In this document: piece by piece, positions 19,817 through 28,653 of the stretch
Numbering within the stretch: the first letter of the stretch is position 1
How the letters are laid out: each line of letters starts with the position of its first letter
Assembly: GCA_026387175.1 (NCBI GenBank)
Contig: JAPLME010000006.1
Coordinates: forward strand, 108,078 to 172,077
From: Candidatus Omnitrophota bacterium
GTDB lineage: Bacteria > Omnitrophota > Gorgyraeia > 2-01-FULL-45-10
Direction: 5' to 3'
DNA: 64,000 nt
Program-made: the position numbers and the translations under genes
The notes under the pieces: generated by a model
What the model was told of the DNA's origin: nothing
Seen by the model: the letters and a program-made list of their open reading frames with translations, nothing else
Databases searched by the model: none

Positions 19817-20805
19817 AACGCCCTCAACACGGATTTTATCCGGAATTTGACATTCGACTTCATGATATGCCGGCGCATTTTTTTATAATGGCCCCCGAGA
19901 TCTGCCTGCCGTCCTTCCTTGGCGACTTTCCTGAATATCCCGTACATGTGGATCTTCTGGGCAGGGCCTCTCTTCACCATCTCCAGCCCTCCGAGAGAAC
20001 AGAAGTATTCTAGCGTCTCAGGCGAAAAATAATAGGTATGCGCGTTCTGAAGCTGCAGCATCCCAAAATTCATTATATTCGGGACCGCTATATATACGAC
20101 GGACCCCGTATCAAGATGTTTCGTCAGCTTCTTAAGGAAGCTTACCGGGTTCAGCATATGTTCAAACACATGGTTAAGGATGACCACGTCATAGGTGCCG
20201 TTTATATTTGTTATATCACCCTGCACCATCTCCATCCCATTATCCCGGCCGAACTTTACAAGGCTCGGACTATACTCCACGCCTAGGACCTTGGCTCCCG
20301 CATCCCTGAACGGCACCAGATTCCAGCCGCCCCCGGCGCCCAGCTCCACAATAGTCATGCCAGGCACGATCTCTCTAACTTTTCTTATCTCATCGAATAT
20401 ATAGTAGCCGTACTTAGTATCATATTTGAATTTTGCCGTGTCCAGATAGTCGTCGCCCTCGTAGCACCTCCGGTATAAATCCGAAGAATAGAAGCGCCGA
20501 AGCTCCTCTTCCGTCATCCTTGGGTTCGACTGGATGAGCCCGCATTTTGTGCAAACCACTGAATCCTGTATCATGGCGTACCTGTCCGCTGATGCCAGGA
20601 GATCGAATGCGCGGGCGCCGCACAGACATTCGACAGTCTCGTATTCAATAAGGCCATCCGTCACCTTACGGTTAAACTCCCGTACAAGTTCAGCCTGAGA
20701 TGCCGTGATCTTCATAGCAGCCTTTGAGGGAGAGTGAAATTCGGCGAATGGGATCAGTTTTTTCTTTATCTCGATATCTACGCCTTTTTTTATTTTCGTC
20801 TTCAA
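19804..20805 (-). CDS. Class I SAM methyltransferase with N-terminal zinc-ribbon
   Basis: CLCG...CTKCG ribbon; IVELGAGGGWNL and VVILNHVFEHM. Paralog of 7860..8945. Confidence 0.7.
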   Translation of the reverse strand: MKTKIKKGVDIEIKKKLIPFAEFHSPSKAAMKITASQAELVREFNRKVTDGLIEYETVECLCGARAFDLLASADRYAMIQDSVVCTKCGLIQSNPRMTEEELRRFYSSDLYRRCYEGDDYLDTAKFKYDTKYGYYIFDEIRKVREIVPGMTIVELGAGGGWNLVPFRDAGAKVLGVEYSPSLVKFGRDNGMEMVQGDITNINGTYDVVILNHVFEHMLNPVSFLKKLTKHLDTGSVVYIAVPNIMNFGMLQLQNAHTYYFSPETLEYFCSLGGLEMVKRGPAQKIHMYGIFRKVAKEGRQADLGGHYKKMRRHIMKSNVKFRIKSVLRALCLK

Positions 20806-20806
20806 T

Positions 20807-21949
20807 CTAAACCTCTCTCAGTACCCTAAGGGCTTCTTCGAGCCCGAACTCAACCGGATTATTGCTCAATGCGGGCGTAAGGTCTAAGCCCCTCTTAGCT
20901 ATAAAACCGCGGTTTTTTTCCGTCACACCGTAATCACTGAATTTTTTAGTAAGGCACGATAACGGGCCATAGACTGATAGGTCGCTGCTGAACCTCTCTG
21001 CCTTCATCCTTATCGATAAGCCTTTATCGGCGACATCTATCAGATCATAAAGATCTGCATACAAGTTGCACCCTTTTTCCATATTTATCTTCACGACCGC
21101 CGGTAATAGATATGCCACCGCCAGACCGTGCGGAATATTGTGGTAGAGCCCCATCGCGTAAGATATCGAGTGGCATGCCCCGGTATTGGAGTTAGCGATC
21201 GCTATGCCGGCCAGAGTCGAGCCGAGAAGGACCTTCCTCCGCAAGTCCATATTCTGCCTGTCGTTAAGAACTTTGGGAAGATTGTTATAAACGAGCCTGA
21301 ATGCCTCTTTTGAGTAGATCCTCGTTATATCGTTCGCACACCGTGCCGTATACGACTCCACCGCATGGCCTATAGCATCCATTCCCGTGGAGGCCGTAAT
21401 ACTGTCCGGCATCGTGGCCGTCAACGATGCGTCCAATATGGCATAATCCGGAATGACATACTTGCCCCCGATGCCTCTTTTGAACTTTGTCCTTTCGTTG
21501 ACCAGGACCGCGCCACCTGTCACTTCGCTTCCTGTACCGGCGGTTGTCGGCACCATCATCTTCTTTACGCCAGACGTAAAGATCTTGCCGGTCCCGTGAT
21601 ATTCCTCGACTTTGCCGGCGTTTACGGTCATGACGGAAAGCGCCTTAGTCAGATCAAGCACGCTTCCCCCGCCAATACCTATATACAGGCCCGTCTTCAC
21701 CTTCCTCAATTTTCCGGCATATTCGTTTACCATATCCGTAGTGGGTTCAGCTGATTTCACGGTAACCGCTTTCACCGCGGCAATAGTTTCGATAGCTTCG
21801 AGCATCTTTACTACGCTTTCTTGTCCGGCAATGTTAGCATCGAGTATAACCGTAATATTCTTCGGCATCTCGTCTCTGACGATCGCGCCGATATCGGATG
21901 CCAAGTTATCCGACAATATCAGCTTTGTTGTCGACTCAAACTTTATCAT
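20807..21949 (-). CDS. Iron-containing (group III) alcohol dehydrogenase-family oxidoreductase
   Basis: GIGGGSVLDLTKA, VPTTAGTGSEVT, DAIGHAVESY, HSISYAMGLYHNIPHGLA (metal-binding histidines). Confidence 0.75.
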   Translation of the reverse strand: MIKFESTTKLILSDNLASDIGAIVRDEMPKNITVILDANIAGQESVVKMLEAIETIAAVKAVTVKSAEPTTDMVNEYAGKLRKVKTGLYIGIGGGSVLDLTKALSVMTVNAGKVEEYHGTGKIFTSGVKKMMVPTTAGTGSEVTGGAVLVNERTKFKRGIGGKYVIPDYAILDASLTATMPDSITASTGMDAIGHAVESYTARCANDITRIYSKEAFRLVYNNLPKVLNDRQNMDLRRKVLLGSTLAGIAIANSNTGACHSISYAMGLYHNIPHGLAVAYLLPAVVKINMEKGCNLYADLYDLIDVADKGLSIRMKAERFSSDLSVYGPLSCLTKKFSDYGVTEKNRGFIAKRGLDLTPALSNNPVEFGLEEALRVLREV

Positions 21950-23150
21950 TCTTTTGTCCCCTCAGCTTCATTAAGGCTTTCTTGGTGCTATTCACCATGT
22001 ACCCAAAATCTTCATCGGACATCCATTGATGGAAAGGAAACGAGACCATGTTGTCGAATAAGTTATCCGTATTCGGGCATTCGGCCTTCCCCTGGCCGCA
22101 TTTCTTGTAGAGATCATATCTGTACAAAGGATAATACTGGACTATCGCCTGTACCTTATACTCAAAAGCCAGCGCTTTTATAAGATCGTCTCTCGTCGAT
22201 GCTATTCCGTGCTTCCGGCCTTCATACTTTGCTGGCAATAGATGATATGATGGTTCACATCCATCCGGCACCTTCTGAAAGACCAGTTCAGGGAATGCGG
22301 ATAGCGCCTTCCTGAACTCGAGATACCGCGCTTTCCTGGAATTATTAAGGCTCTCTATTCTTTTGAGAAGCTTATACCCTATCGCGCATTGTATTTCAGA
22401 AATCGTAAATTTATAGGGAAGTTCATTGTCGAGAACCGTATCTATGTTTGTCATAGCCGGCTTCCAGTAGAACTCTTTCTTATCGAACGGCTTTGCGCCG
22501 AAATTTCTCATACCGGGCACCTTGGCCGCAATACCCGCATCCTTAACATATAGTGCTCCGCCTTCGCCGAAAGTCGTCATGTTCTTCTGTGCATGGAAGC
22601 TGAATACCCCGAAATCGGCGAGTGTGCCCGCTCTTTTTCCGGCATGCATCGCCCCGAATGCCTGGGCGGCGTCTTCCACTATAAGTATCTTTTTATCGGC
22701 GCCTATCTTTATGAACTTACCGACATCAGCGGTCACGCCGTATAAGTGGACCAGCACTATCGCTTTCGTCCGTTTCGTGATCTTATTAATTACATCATCG
22801 GCGCTTATAACCCAGGTCAAAGGGTCAATATCCGCCCAGATGATCCTTGCTCCCCTCCTTAAGAATGGCAAGGCCGAAGCGGTGAATGTATGGCCGGGGA
22901 CTATAACTTCATCCCCTTCTTTAAGGCCGCAGAACGCCGCTACGAGTTCAAGCGCAGATGTCGCGCTGTTCAGGGCGCAAACGCTGCCGGTATCTGCCCC
23001 CAGGTATCTGGTAAGCTCTTCTTCGAATAATTTCAGGTATTTACCCTGTGTAAGCGGATCAGCCGTCTTCATAACATTTACAATAAAGGATATCTCCTCA
23101 TCGGTAAAATCATGAGCCTTTCCGCTCCACGGTATTTTCCAGCTATCCAC
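21936..23150 (-). CDS. DegT/DnrJ/EryC1/StrS-family PLP-dependent sugar aminotransferase
   Basis: CALNSATSALELV, GDEVIVPGHTFTAS, LIVEDAAQAFG, FSFHAQKNMTTFGEGG (PLP lysine region). Confidence 0.8.
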   Translation of the reverse strand: MDSWKIPWSGKAHDFTDEEISFIVNVMKTADPLTQGKYLKLFEEELTRYLGADTGSVCALNSATSALELVAAFCGLKEGDEVIVPGHTFTASALPFLRRGARIIWADIDPLTWVISADDVINKITKRTKAIVLVHLYGVTADVGKFIKIGADKKILIVEDAAQAFGAMHAGKRAGTLADFGVFSFHAQKNMTTFGEGGALYVKDAGIAAKVPGMRNFGAKPFDKKEFYWKPAMTNIDTVLDNELPYKFTISEIQCAIGYKLLKRIESLNNSRKARYLEFRKALSAFPELVFQKVPDGCEPSYHLLPAKYEGRKHGIASTRDDLIKALAFEYKVQAIVQYYPLYRYDLYKKCGQGKAECPNTDNLFDNMVSFPFHQWMSDEDFGYMVNSTKKALMKLRGQKNDKV

Positions 23151-23182
23151 AACATTCCTCCATCATTTAAAGGCCAACGGGA

Positions 23183-24700
23183 TCATGGCACGAAAGCGTC
23201 GAGCGCCTCTTTTACGCCTATGCTCATCCTGCCGCGGCCCGCAGCAGAACCATCGCTTCCCGGGGCGGGAAGGTTGAACTTCTCCGGTATTGAGATGCGC
23301 CCATCCACGTAATCGATAAATTTATAGAATATATCCATGAGCCTTTCAGCTGAGATCTCAGGATTCTGTATAACAGGACCGTATCTCATATTGATCTGTC
23401 TCGACATGCCCTTAAAACCGGGCCTATCAGACACCTCTATATAGCCGAATTTCTTCGAGACGGAATATATCGCTGTCCCGGCGTACGGCGCGACGAAAGT
23501 GACATCGCAGCTCTTCGGCTTTATGCGTTTATTGAGCTTTATTGTCTCAAAAATATCTTCCTCGTATTCACCGGGAAAACCTATCATATTATTCGCAGTA
23601 GTGCGTATGCCGAACTCGTGTATAAGTCCAAACACATCTTCTATCTTCTTATTAGTAACCGAGCGGCGCAGGATGTGCCTTCTCATCCATTCACTGCCGG
23701 ACTCTATCCCTATTCCAATGCCGCAGCATCCGGACGCTTTAAGCATCTCCAGCTTCTGCCTCGTGAGCGTTTCGACGGTAGTGTTTATCCAGTAAGGCAG
23801 GGTTACCTTCAGCTTCCACAATGCCGCAAATTGCGCCATCTTCCTATCCGGTAATAGGAGAAAGTTGTCGTCGCAGAAGAATATGATGTCGAATCCGTAC
23901 CTTTCCTTTAAAGACTTTATCTCGCCGATAGCCCTTTCAACCGACTTCCTGCGATGGTAGCTGCCTGAATCGCGGAATAATTTCTGATATGAATCATTTA
24001 TGCAATAAGAGCACCTGTTGAGGCAGCCTCGCGACATCTCGAAATATCCGGCTTTATAAAGTTTCCCGTTGTACGCCTTCACAAAGTGGCGGCTGTCCCA
24101 AAAGTCGAGATCCTGAAATGGAAGCGTATCAAGATCCACGAACGGCCTTAACGGGTTACGCCGCACCTTTCCGTTATCCTTAAACCATAGGCCCTTTACA
24201 CCCCTGACATCTTTATGGGCAGACAAGAGGCCGCAGAACTCAGCCATAGCATCTTCTCCTTCACCCTGGATTATATAATCGATATTGGGGTTGTCGATAA
24301 GGATATGCGGCACTATGGTCGGTGTAGAACCTCCCGCGATTACCGGTATATCCTTGTCTATGCCGTTGATGATACTGAGAAGATGGTCCGCATATTGATA
24401 ATTGTCTTCCACTATGCTTATCGCTATAAGGTCAGGTGAAAACCTCATGAACTTTTCTTCCAGCATTCTGTCCACTTTTTCCGGCGAAAGCCCCTCGTAA
24501 AGGTTTGACGTATCCGTAGGAAGGACCAGTTTCGCCTTCTCCCTGACAGCATTATCGGCGTGTTCTGTCTTCAGTATAAATGTCGTGTCAAAGAGCTCTA
24601 TCTTGTGGCCGCGGACGGACAGCATGGTCATAATAACCGAAATCCCAATAGGGATCCTGCCATAACCGTTGGCATTCGGATAGATAAACAGTATCTTCAC
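23183..24700 (-). CDS. B12-binding-domain radical SAM enzyme (class B)
   Basis: MKILFIYPN...RGHKIELFD; EMSRGCLNRCSYCIND. Confidence 0.8.
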   Translation of the reverse strand: MKILFIYPNANGYGRIPIGISVIMTMLSVRGHKIELFDTTFILKTEHADNAVREKAKLVLPTDTSNLYEGLSPEKVDRMLEEKFMRFSPDLIAISIVEDNYQYADHLLSIINGIDKDIPVIAGGSTPTIVPHILIDNPNIDYIIQGEGEDAMAEFCGLLSAHKDVRGVKGLWFKDNGKVRRNPLRPFVDLDTLPFQDLDFWDSRHFVKAYNGKLYKAGYFEMSRGCLNRCSYCINDSYQKLFRDSGSYHRRKSVERAIGEIKSLKERYGFDIIFFCDDNFLLLPDRKMAQFAALWKLKVTLPYWINTTVETLTRQKLEMLKASGCCGIGIGIESGSEWMRRHILRRSVTNKKIEDVFGLIHEFGIRTTANNMIGFPGEYEEDIFETIKLNKRIKPKSCDVTFVAPYAGTAIYSVSKKFGYIEVSDRPGFKGMSRQINMRYGPVIQNPEISAERLMDIFYKFIDYVDGRISIPEKFNLPAPGSDGSAAGRGRMSIGVKEALDAFVP

Positions 24701-25572
24701 TTAAGCTTCTTCCTAATCTCCAGCTCTTTCTCCGTGATCCTCTTGACGCCATCCCCAAGAAGCATATCTATATCCTTTATGCGCTTATAGAGCATATTCA
24801 TCGCATGGACCTCAAGGCTGGCAGCATGGTCAGAACCCCACATGCCGTGATCAAGCGTTATGTGTCTCTCCACGACTTTCGCTCCCAAGACGCTTGCGAT
24901 AACGGTGGGTTCAAGGTCATACTCGTGTCCGCTGTAGCCGACTATGCATCCGTATCTTTTCTGCAAAAGCGGTATAACCCGCAAGTTCACTTCAGCGGCC
25001 GGTGTAGGGTATGTGGAGTTAGTATGCATAATGACATAGTTCCCTTTCGAATACTTCTCCAGCACCTCAACGGCCTCATCGACCTCCTCTATTGTGCTCA
25101 TCCCGGTCGACAGGATCACGGGCTTACCGACCCTGCAGGCCTGGCCAATAAGCTCCTTGTCGGTCAGCTTGGCCGACGGTATCTTGATAAAAGAGATGTC
25201 ATACTTCAATATAAAATCCAGGCTGGGCAGATCCCATATTGAAGCGGTCCATGCCAGAGGCTTTTCTTTGCAATACCTGTCGATGTAAGAATATTCCGCG
25301 TCCCCGAACTCGACCTTATGCCGATATTCAAGATACGTCATCCTTCCCCATGGGGTATCGCGCATCACGCCTTTCTGGTGCTCCGGGACGCATATCTCGG
25401 GAGTCCTCTTCTGGAATTTCACACAATCCCAGTTGCAAGCGAAGGCCGCGTCAATAAGCCTCTTGGCGATATCGAGGTTTCCGTTGTGGTTGATCCCTAT
25501 TTCGGCGATCATGAATACCGGGGAACCTTCTCCGATAGTATGATCAGCGACCTTTATCACTTTCTGCGCCAT
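24697..25572 (-). CDS. NeuB-family nonulosonic/ulosonic acid synthase (N-acetylneuraminate synthase-like TIM barrel, no SAF/AFP domain)
   Basis: VFMIAEIGINHNGNLDIAKRLIDAA...VKFQ; the barrel is colinear with NeuB/PseI/LegI. The protein ends at GDGVKRITEKELEIRKKLK, which corresponds to the very start of the NeuB SAF domain. Confidence 0.75.
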   Translation of the reverse strand: MAQKVIKVADHTIGEGSPVFMIAEIGINHNGNLDIAKRLIDAAFACNWDCVKFQKRTPEICVPEHQKGVMRDTPWGRMTYLEYRHKVEFGDAEYSYIDRYCKEKPLAWTASIWDLPSLDFILKYDISFIKIPSAKLTDKELIGQACRVGKPVILSTGMSTIEEVDEAVEVLEKYSKGNYVIMHTNSTYPTPAAEVNLRVIPLLQKRYGCIVGYSGHEYDLEPTVIASVLGAKVVERHITLDHGMWGSDHAASLEVHAMNMLYKRIKDIDMLLGDGVKRITEKELEIRKKLK

Positions 25573-25575
25573 AGC

Positions 25576-26271
25576 TTATCCCCGCTTTTTTAAAATATTA
25601 TTTTTCATGAAATATTCACACACTTTTAAATCCTCGGCATTATCTATCTCGTACGATCTCCAGAAGTCCATAATATACATGCGCATCCTGCCGCCCAAAC
25701 GGTTCTTGCATCGTTTTAGTATCTCCGGTTTAAAAAGATATATCGAGCCGTTCTCCAGATAAAGCGGTTCCCTGTCCTGCCTGCGGCCTCTCTCCTTATA
25801 ATTAAAACTGACGCTCTTAAGCCGGGGGCCGATCTTCTTCCAAATGGTATAATCCTCCAGGATGGCCGCCGAAAACATCGAGTCGGCCTTCGTCGCGCGA
25901 AACTGCGCTATGGCCATATCTATATCTTTTGCGCGGCGAAGCGGCGAAGTAGCCTGAAGGAAGACCACCAGATCTATCCCGGCGCCTCTCTTCTCTATCT
26001 CCGATAGGGCATGCATAAGGGCATCTTCCGAGCTCGCAGTATCGGTCGATAGACGTTTCGGGCGCCTTATCACCTTCGCGCCGTATTTCTCCGAGACGGC
26101 GGCGATCGTATCGTCATCCGTTGTCACATATACGTCATCGATAAGGCTGCTCTCGAGCGCCTGCCGGATCGTCCAGGCTATCAGCGGCTTTCCACAGAAA
26201 TCCACAATATTCTTTTTCGGTATCGACTTCGAGCCGCCCCTGGCGGGAACGATGCAGATTATATGCGCCAT
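25576..26271 (-). CDS. neuA: CMP-N-acylneuraminate-type cytidylyltransferase (NeuA/CTP_transf_3 family)
   Basis: IVPARGGSKSIPKKNI, VYVTTDDD, FLQATSPLR, YLENGSIYLF. Confidence 0.85.
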   Translation of the reverse strand: MAHIICIVPARGGSKSIPKKNIVDFCGKPLIAWTIRQALESSLIDDVYVTTDDDTIAAVSEKYGAKVIRRPKRLSTDTASSEDALMHALSEIEKRGAGIDLVVFLQATSPLRRAKDIDMAIAQFRATKADSMFSAAILEDYTIWKKIGPRLKSVSFNYKERGRRQDREPLYLENGSIYLFKPEILKRCKNRLGGRMRMYIMDFWRSYEIDNAEDLKVCEYFMKNNILKKRG

Positions 26272-26771
26272 ATCCCACCGAAGATACAGCCCGCAAGCTC
26301 ACGAACGGCTCCAGAGCCCGAGGGGGTCTTTAAGATCATCCGCGACACGTCCTTGATCGCTCTATATGCGTCGGAAGGGCAGACGGGCCAGCCAACGACT
26401 GCCATCGCGTCAAGATCATTCACGTCATTACCTACATAAACGACCTTCCCGAGCGGGATGCCTTTAATTTTGCAATATCTTTCAAGGGCATCCCTCTTAT
26501 CGTCGATACCGTACTTGATGGGGATGCGAAGCTTGCGCGCGCGAAAGACCGCCGTCTTATTCTTTTCTGTAGTGAGGATGACCTGTTCGACCCCGGAGCG
26601 GCGCATCATATCGATCGCCAGGCCGTCCGACCTGTTGACCATCACGCCCTCCGCCCCTTTCTCGCTGACGATCGCCCTATTATCCGTAAGCACACCGTCA
26701 AAATCGTATACGATCAGCCCTACATCTTTCAACTGTATCTTATGCACACGCTTTTTCAAATGAACCTCCAC
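26259..26771 (-). CDS. KdsC/YrbI-like HAD phosphatase (ulosonate-phosphate phosphatase family)
   Basis: LIVYDFDGVLTDN, TTEKNKTAV, VYVGNDVNDL, GSGAVRELAGCIFGG. Confidence 0.7.
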   Translation of the reverse strand: MEVHLKKRVHKIQLKDVGLIVYDFDGVLTDNRAIVSEKGAEGVMVNRSDGLAIDMMRRSGVEQVILTTEKNKTAVFRARKLRIPIKYGIDDKRDALERYCKIKGIPLGKVVYVGNDVNDLDAMAVVGWPVCPSDAYRAIKDVSRMILKTPSGSGAVRELAGCIFGGIWRI

Positions 26772-28653
26772 GAACGCCTGAAGAAAGGCCGTTCTCTTCC
26801 ATGTATCTTTCGACCGAATATTTTAACGATGGCCGGATCTCGTCGGTAGCGGAGAGCCTGTCCATAAAAGTCATTATGAAGCGCCCGACCCTTGCGGGCG
26901 CAGCAAGATCGTTAAAATAGTTAAACTCGCGCGCCCAATTTGAAAAATCTCCTATAGACGTATCGCCCGCAGCAGAGAGTCTGATCGCTTCCTTCATCTC
27001 ATCGAGCGTCTTGAAGAAGAAACGCTGCTGGACATCTTCATAAAATGCGAACCTGCCCACGCCACCGCAATCCCAGTGCACGGCGGGAGTCCCATAAACG
27101 GCGGCGACGATACCGGCTGAATTCAGGCCGTAACATACTGCGAGGTCCGCCTCCCTCGAAACGGCAAGCGGGCTCTGGCCGTGATCGATGACCGCCAGCC
27201 GGCCTTCCTTGCCGAGAGATTCCACCTTCGAAACGATCTCTTCGCCGCGCGGCAGCTGCCTCAACGCAGCGATATCGTAGGACTTGCTCTTGATGATGCC
27301 TCCCCATCGCGGGTTCTGCTCTAATAACTCCAGCATCTCCAGATAGAACCTCGCGAGAGACCCGGGAGAATGGAGCACTTTATATCCCGCGGAATTATCG
27401 AATATCGCCATGATAAAATCAAGGCCGCCGGCCATCTTTTGAAGCCCAGCAGGGGTCTCTTTCCCGGGCGTAAGCCAGAGCCCGGAAGGCAGGATGTTCA
27501 TCGACATATTGCCCAGCTTCATCATGCTCTCTTTAATGTTGTCTCCCCATACGAAATAGACGTGCTGAGGGAAGATGTGCGTAGGCAGGGGATAAAAATA
27601 GTAATTGGACCAATTATATCCGAACATGATGCCGCCGGCGTCTTCGATCGCGCGCGACTGGACGTCCTGTCTCCACGAAGTCTCCTGATGCTGTATAAGC
27701 ATCCTAGCTTTAAAGCGCACAAATACGGCCCGATATAGAATGTACAATATTTCGTACTCGAAGGTGTATATCGCAAACCATCGCGGCTCGTTGGAGCTTC
27801 GAAGACGTCTCTTAAAAAAGATGGGCGCCAGATCGGATGGCTTCAATCGCGCCAGCTTCATCAGCGCGACGATGTCCAGCCTGAGCCACTTGAAGGCCCG
27901 GTCCGTGATATCATCGACCGTCTCTTTAAAATGGCCGCGGTCATCTCTATCTATGTAATTTATTATGTCGAATGTCTCCGCAACTATATGCCTGCGCCAG
28001 AAGGCGAAGTCGAATACATCCGTCTTCACGTACTCCACCCAGACCGAGGGCTTCGTTTGGCAGGCATTACCGAGACCCCTTTGCGGAATGAATCTTACCA
28101 GGAGGGCTAAGAACGCATAGTACAACGGTTTCAGGTAATGCTTGATCGTATCCTTGAGACCGTATTCCTTGATGCAGTAGTTCCGCCTATCGTAAAATCC
28201 ATCGAGGGCCCTGTTTGCGGGATGCCGCGTTATATAAAGTATATTATCGCAATCGACCGCGCCGTCGATCTTCAGTTCGACCATACCGATGAATTCGCAT
28301 TGGCTGCGGACTATCGCCGCAAGATATGACTTGATCGTCTTCCGTGACCGTCCGTCGGCTCCGGCGCAACAGTCATCGCAGAAACGGTCGATGCTCTTAT
28401 CCATGCGCTCCCAGATGCCCTGAGACGCGGCAAAACCTTCCCCATCCCTCTGGCTTATCGATAGCTCCGCAGGCCGCAAAAGAGAACCTGCGCCAACGGC
28501 TGCAATAGCTTTCATGATGAGCTTTGCCGTAGGCGTTACGCAATGTTCGTCGTAAAATATCTCTGACGATCCTGCGATCCTCCTGAAAAGCATGGAGACT
28601 ATCTGTGGCGAGCCCAGCCTCTGGATCCATATAACGTTCTTTTGCCTCTTCAT
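26740..28653 (-). CDS. Large (about 637 aa) TagF-like GT-B protein, paralog of 10353..12299
   Basis: C-terminal ADLAVCYGLNSAGIVAAVYGTPAVHW is the same degenerate TagF-like motif. Length and architecture are similar to 10353..12299. Confidence 0.35.
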   Translation of the reverse strand: MKRQKNVIWIQRLGSPQIVSMLFRRIAGSSEIFYDEHCVTPTAKLIMKAIAAVGAGSLLRPAELSISQRDGEGFAASQGIWERMDKSIDRFCDDCCAGADGRSRKTIKSYLAAIVRSQCEFIGMVELKIDGAVDCDNILYITRHPANRALDGFYDRRNYCIKEYGLKDTIKHYLKPLYYAFLALLVRFIPQRGLGNACQTKPSVWVEYVKTDVFDFAFWRRHIVAETFDIINYIDRDDRGHFKETVDDITDRAFKWLRLDIVALMKLARLKPSDLAPIFFKRRLRSSNEPRWFAIYTFEYEILYILYRAVFVRFKARMLIQHQETSWRQDVQSRAIEDAGGIMFGYNWSNYYFYPLPTHIFPQHVYFVWGDNIKESMMKLGNMSMNILPSGLWLTPGKETPAGLQKMAGGLDFIMAIFDNSAGYKVLHSPGSLARFYLEMLELLEQNPRWGGIIKSKSYDIAALRQLPRGEEIVSKVESLGKEGRLAVIDHGQSPLAVSREADLAVCYGLNSAGIVAAVYGTPAVHWDCGGVGRFAFYEDVQQRFFFKTLDEMKEAIRLSAAGDTSIGDFSNWAREFNYFNDLAAPARVGRFIMTFMDRLSATDEIRPSLKYSVERYMEENGLSSGVRGGSFEKACA

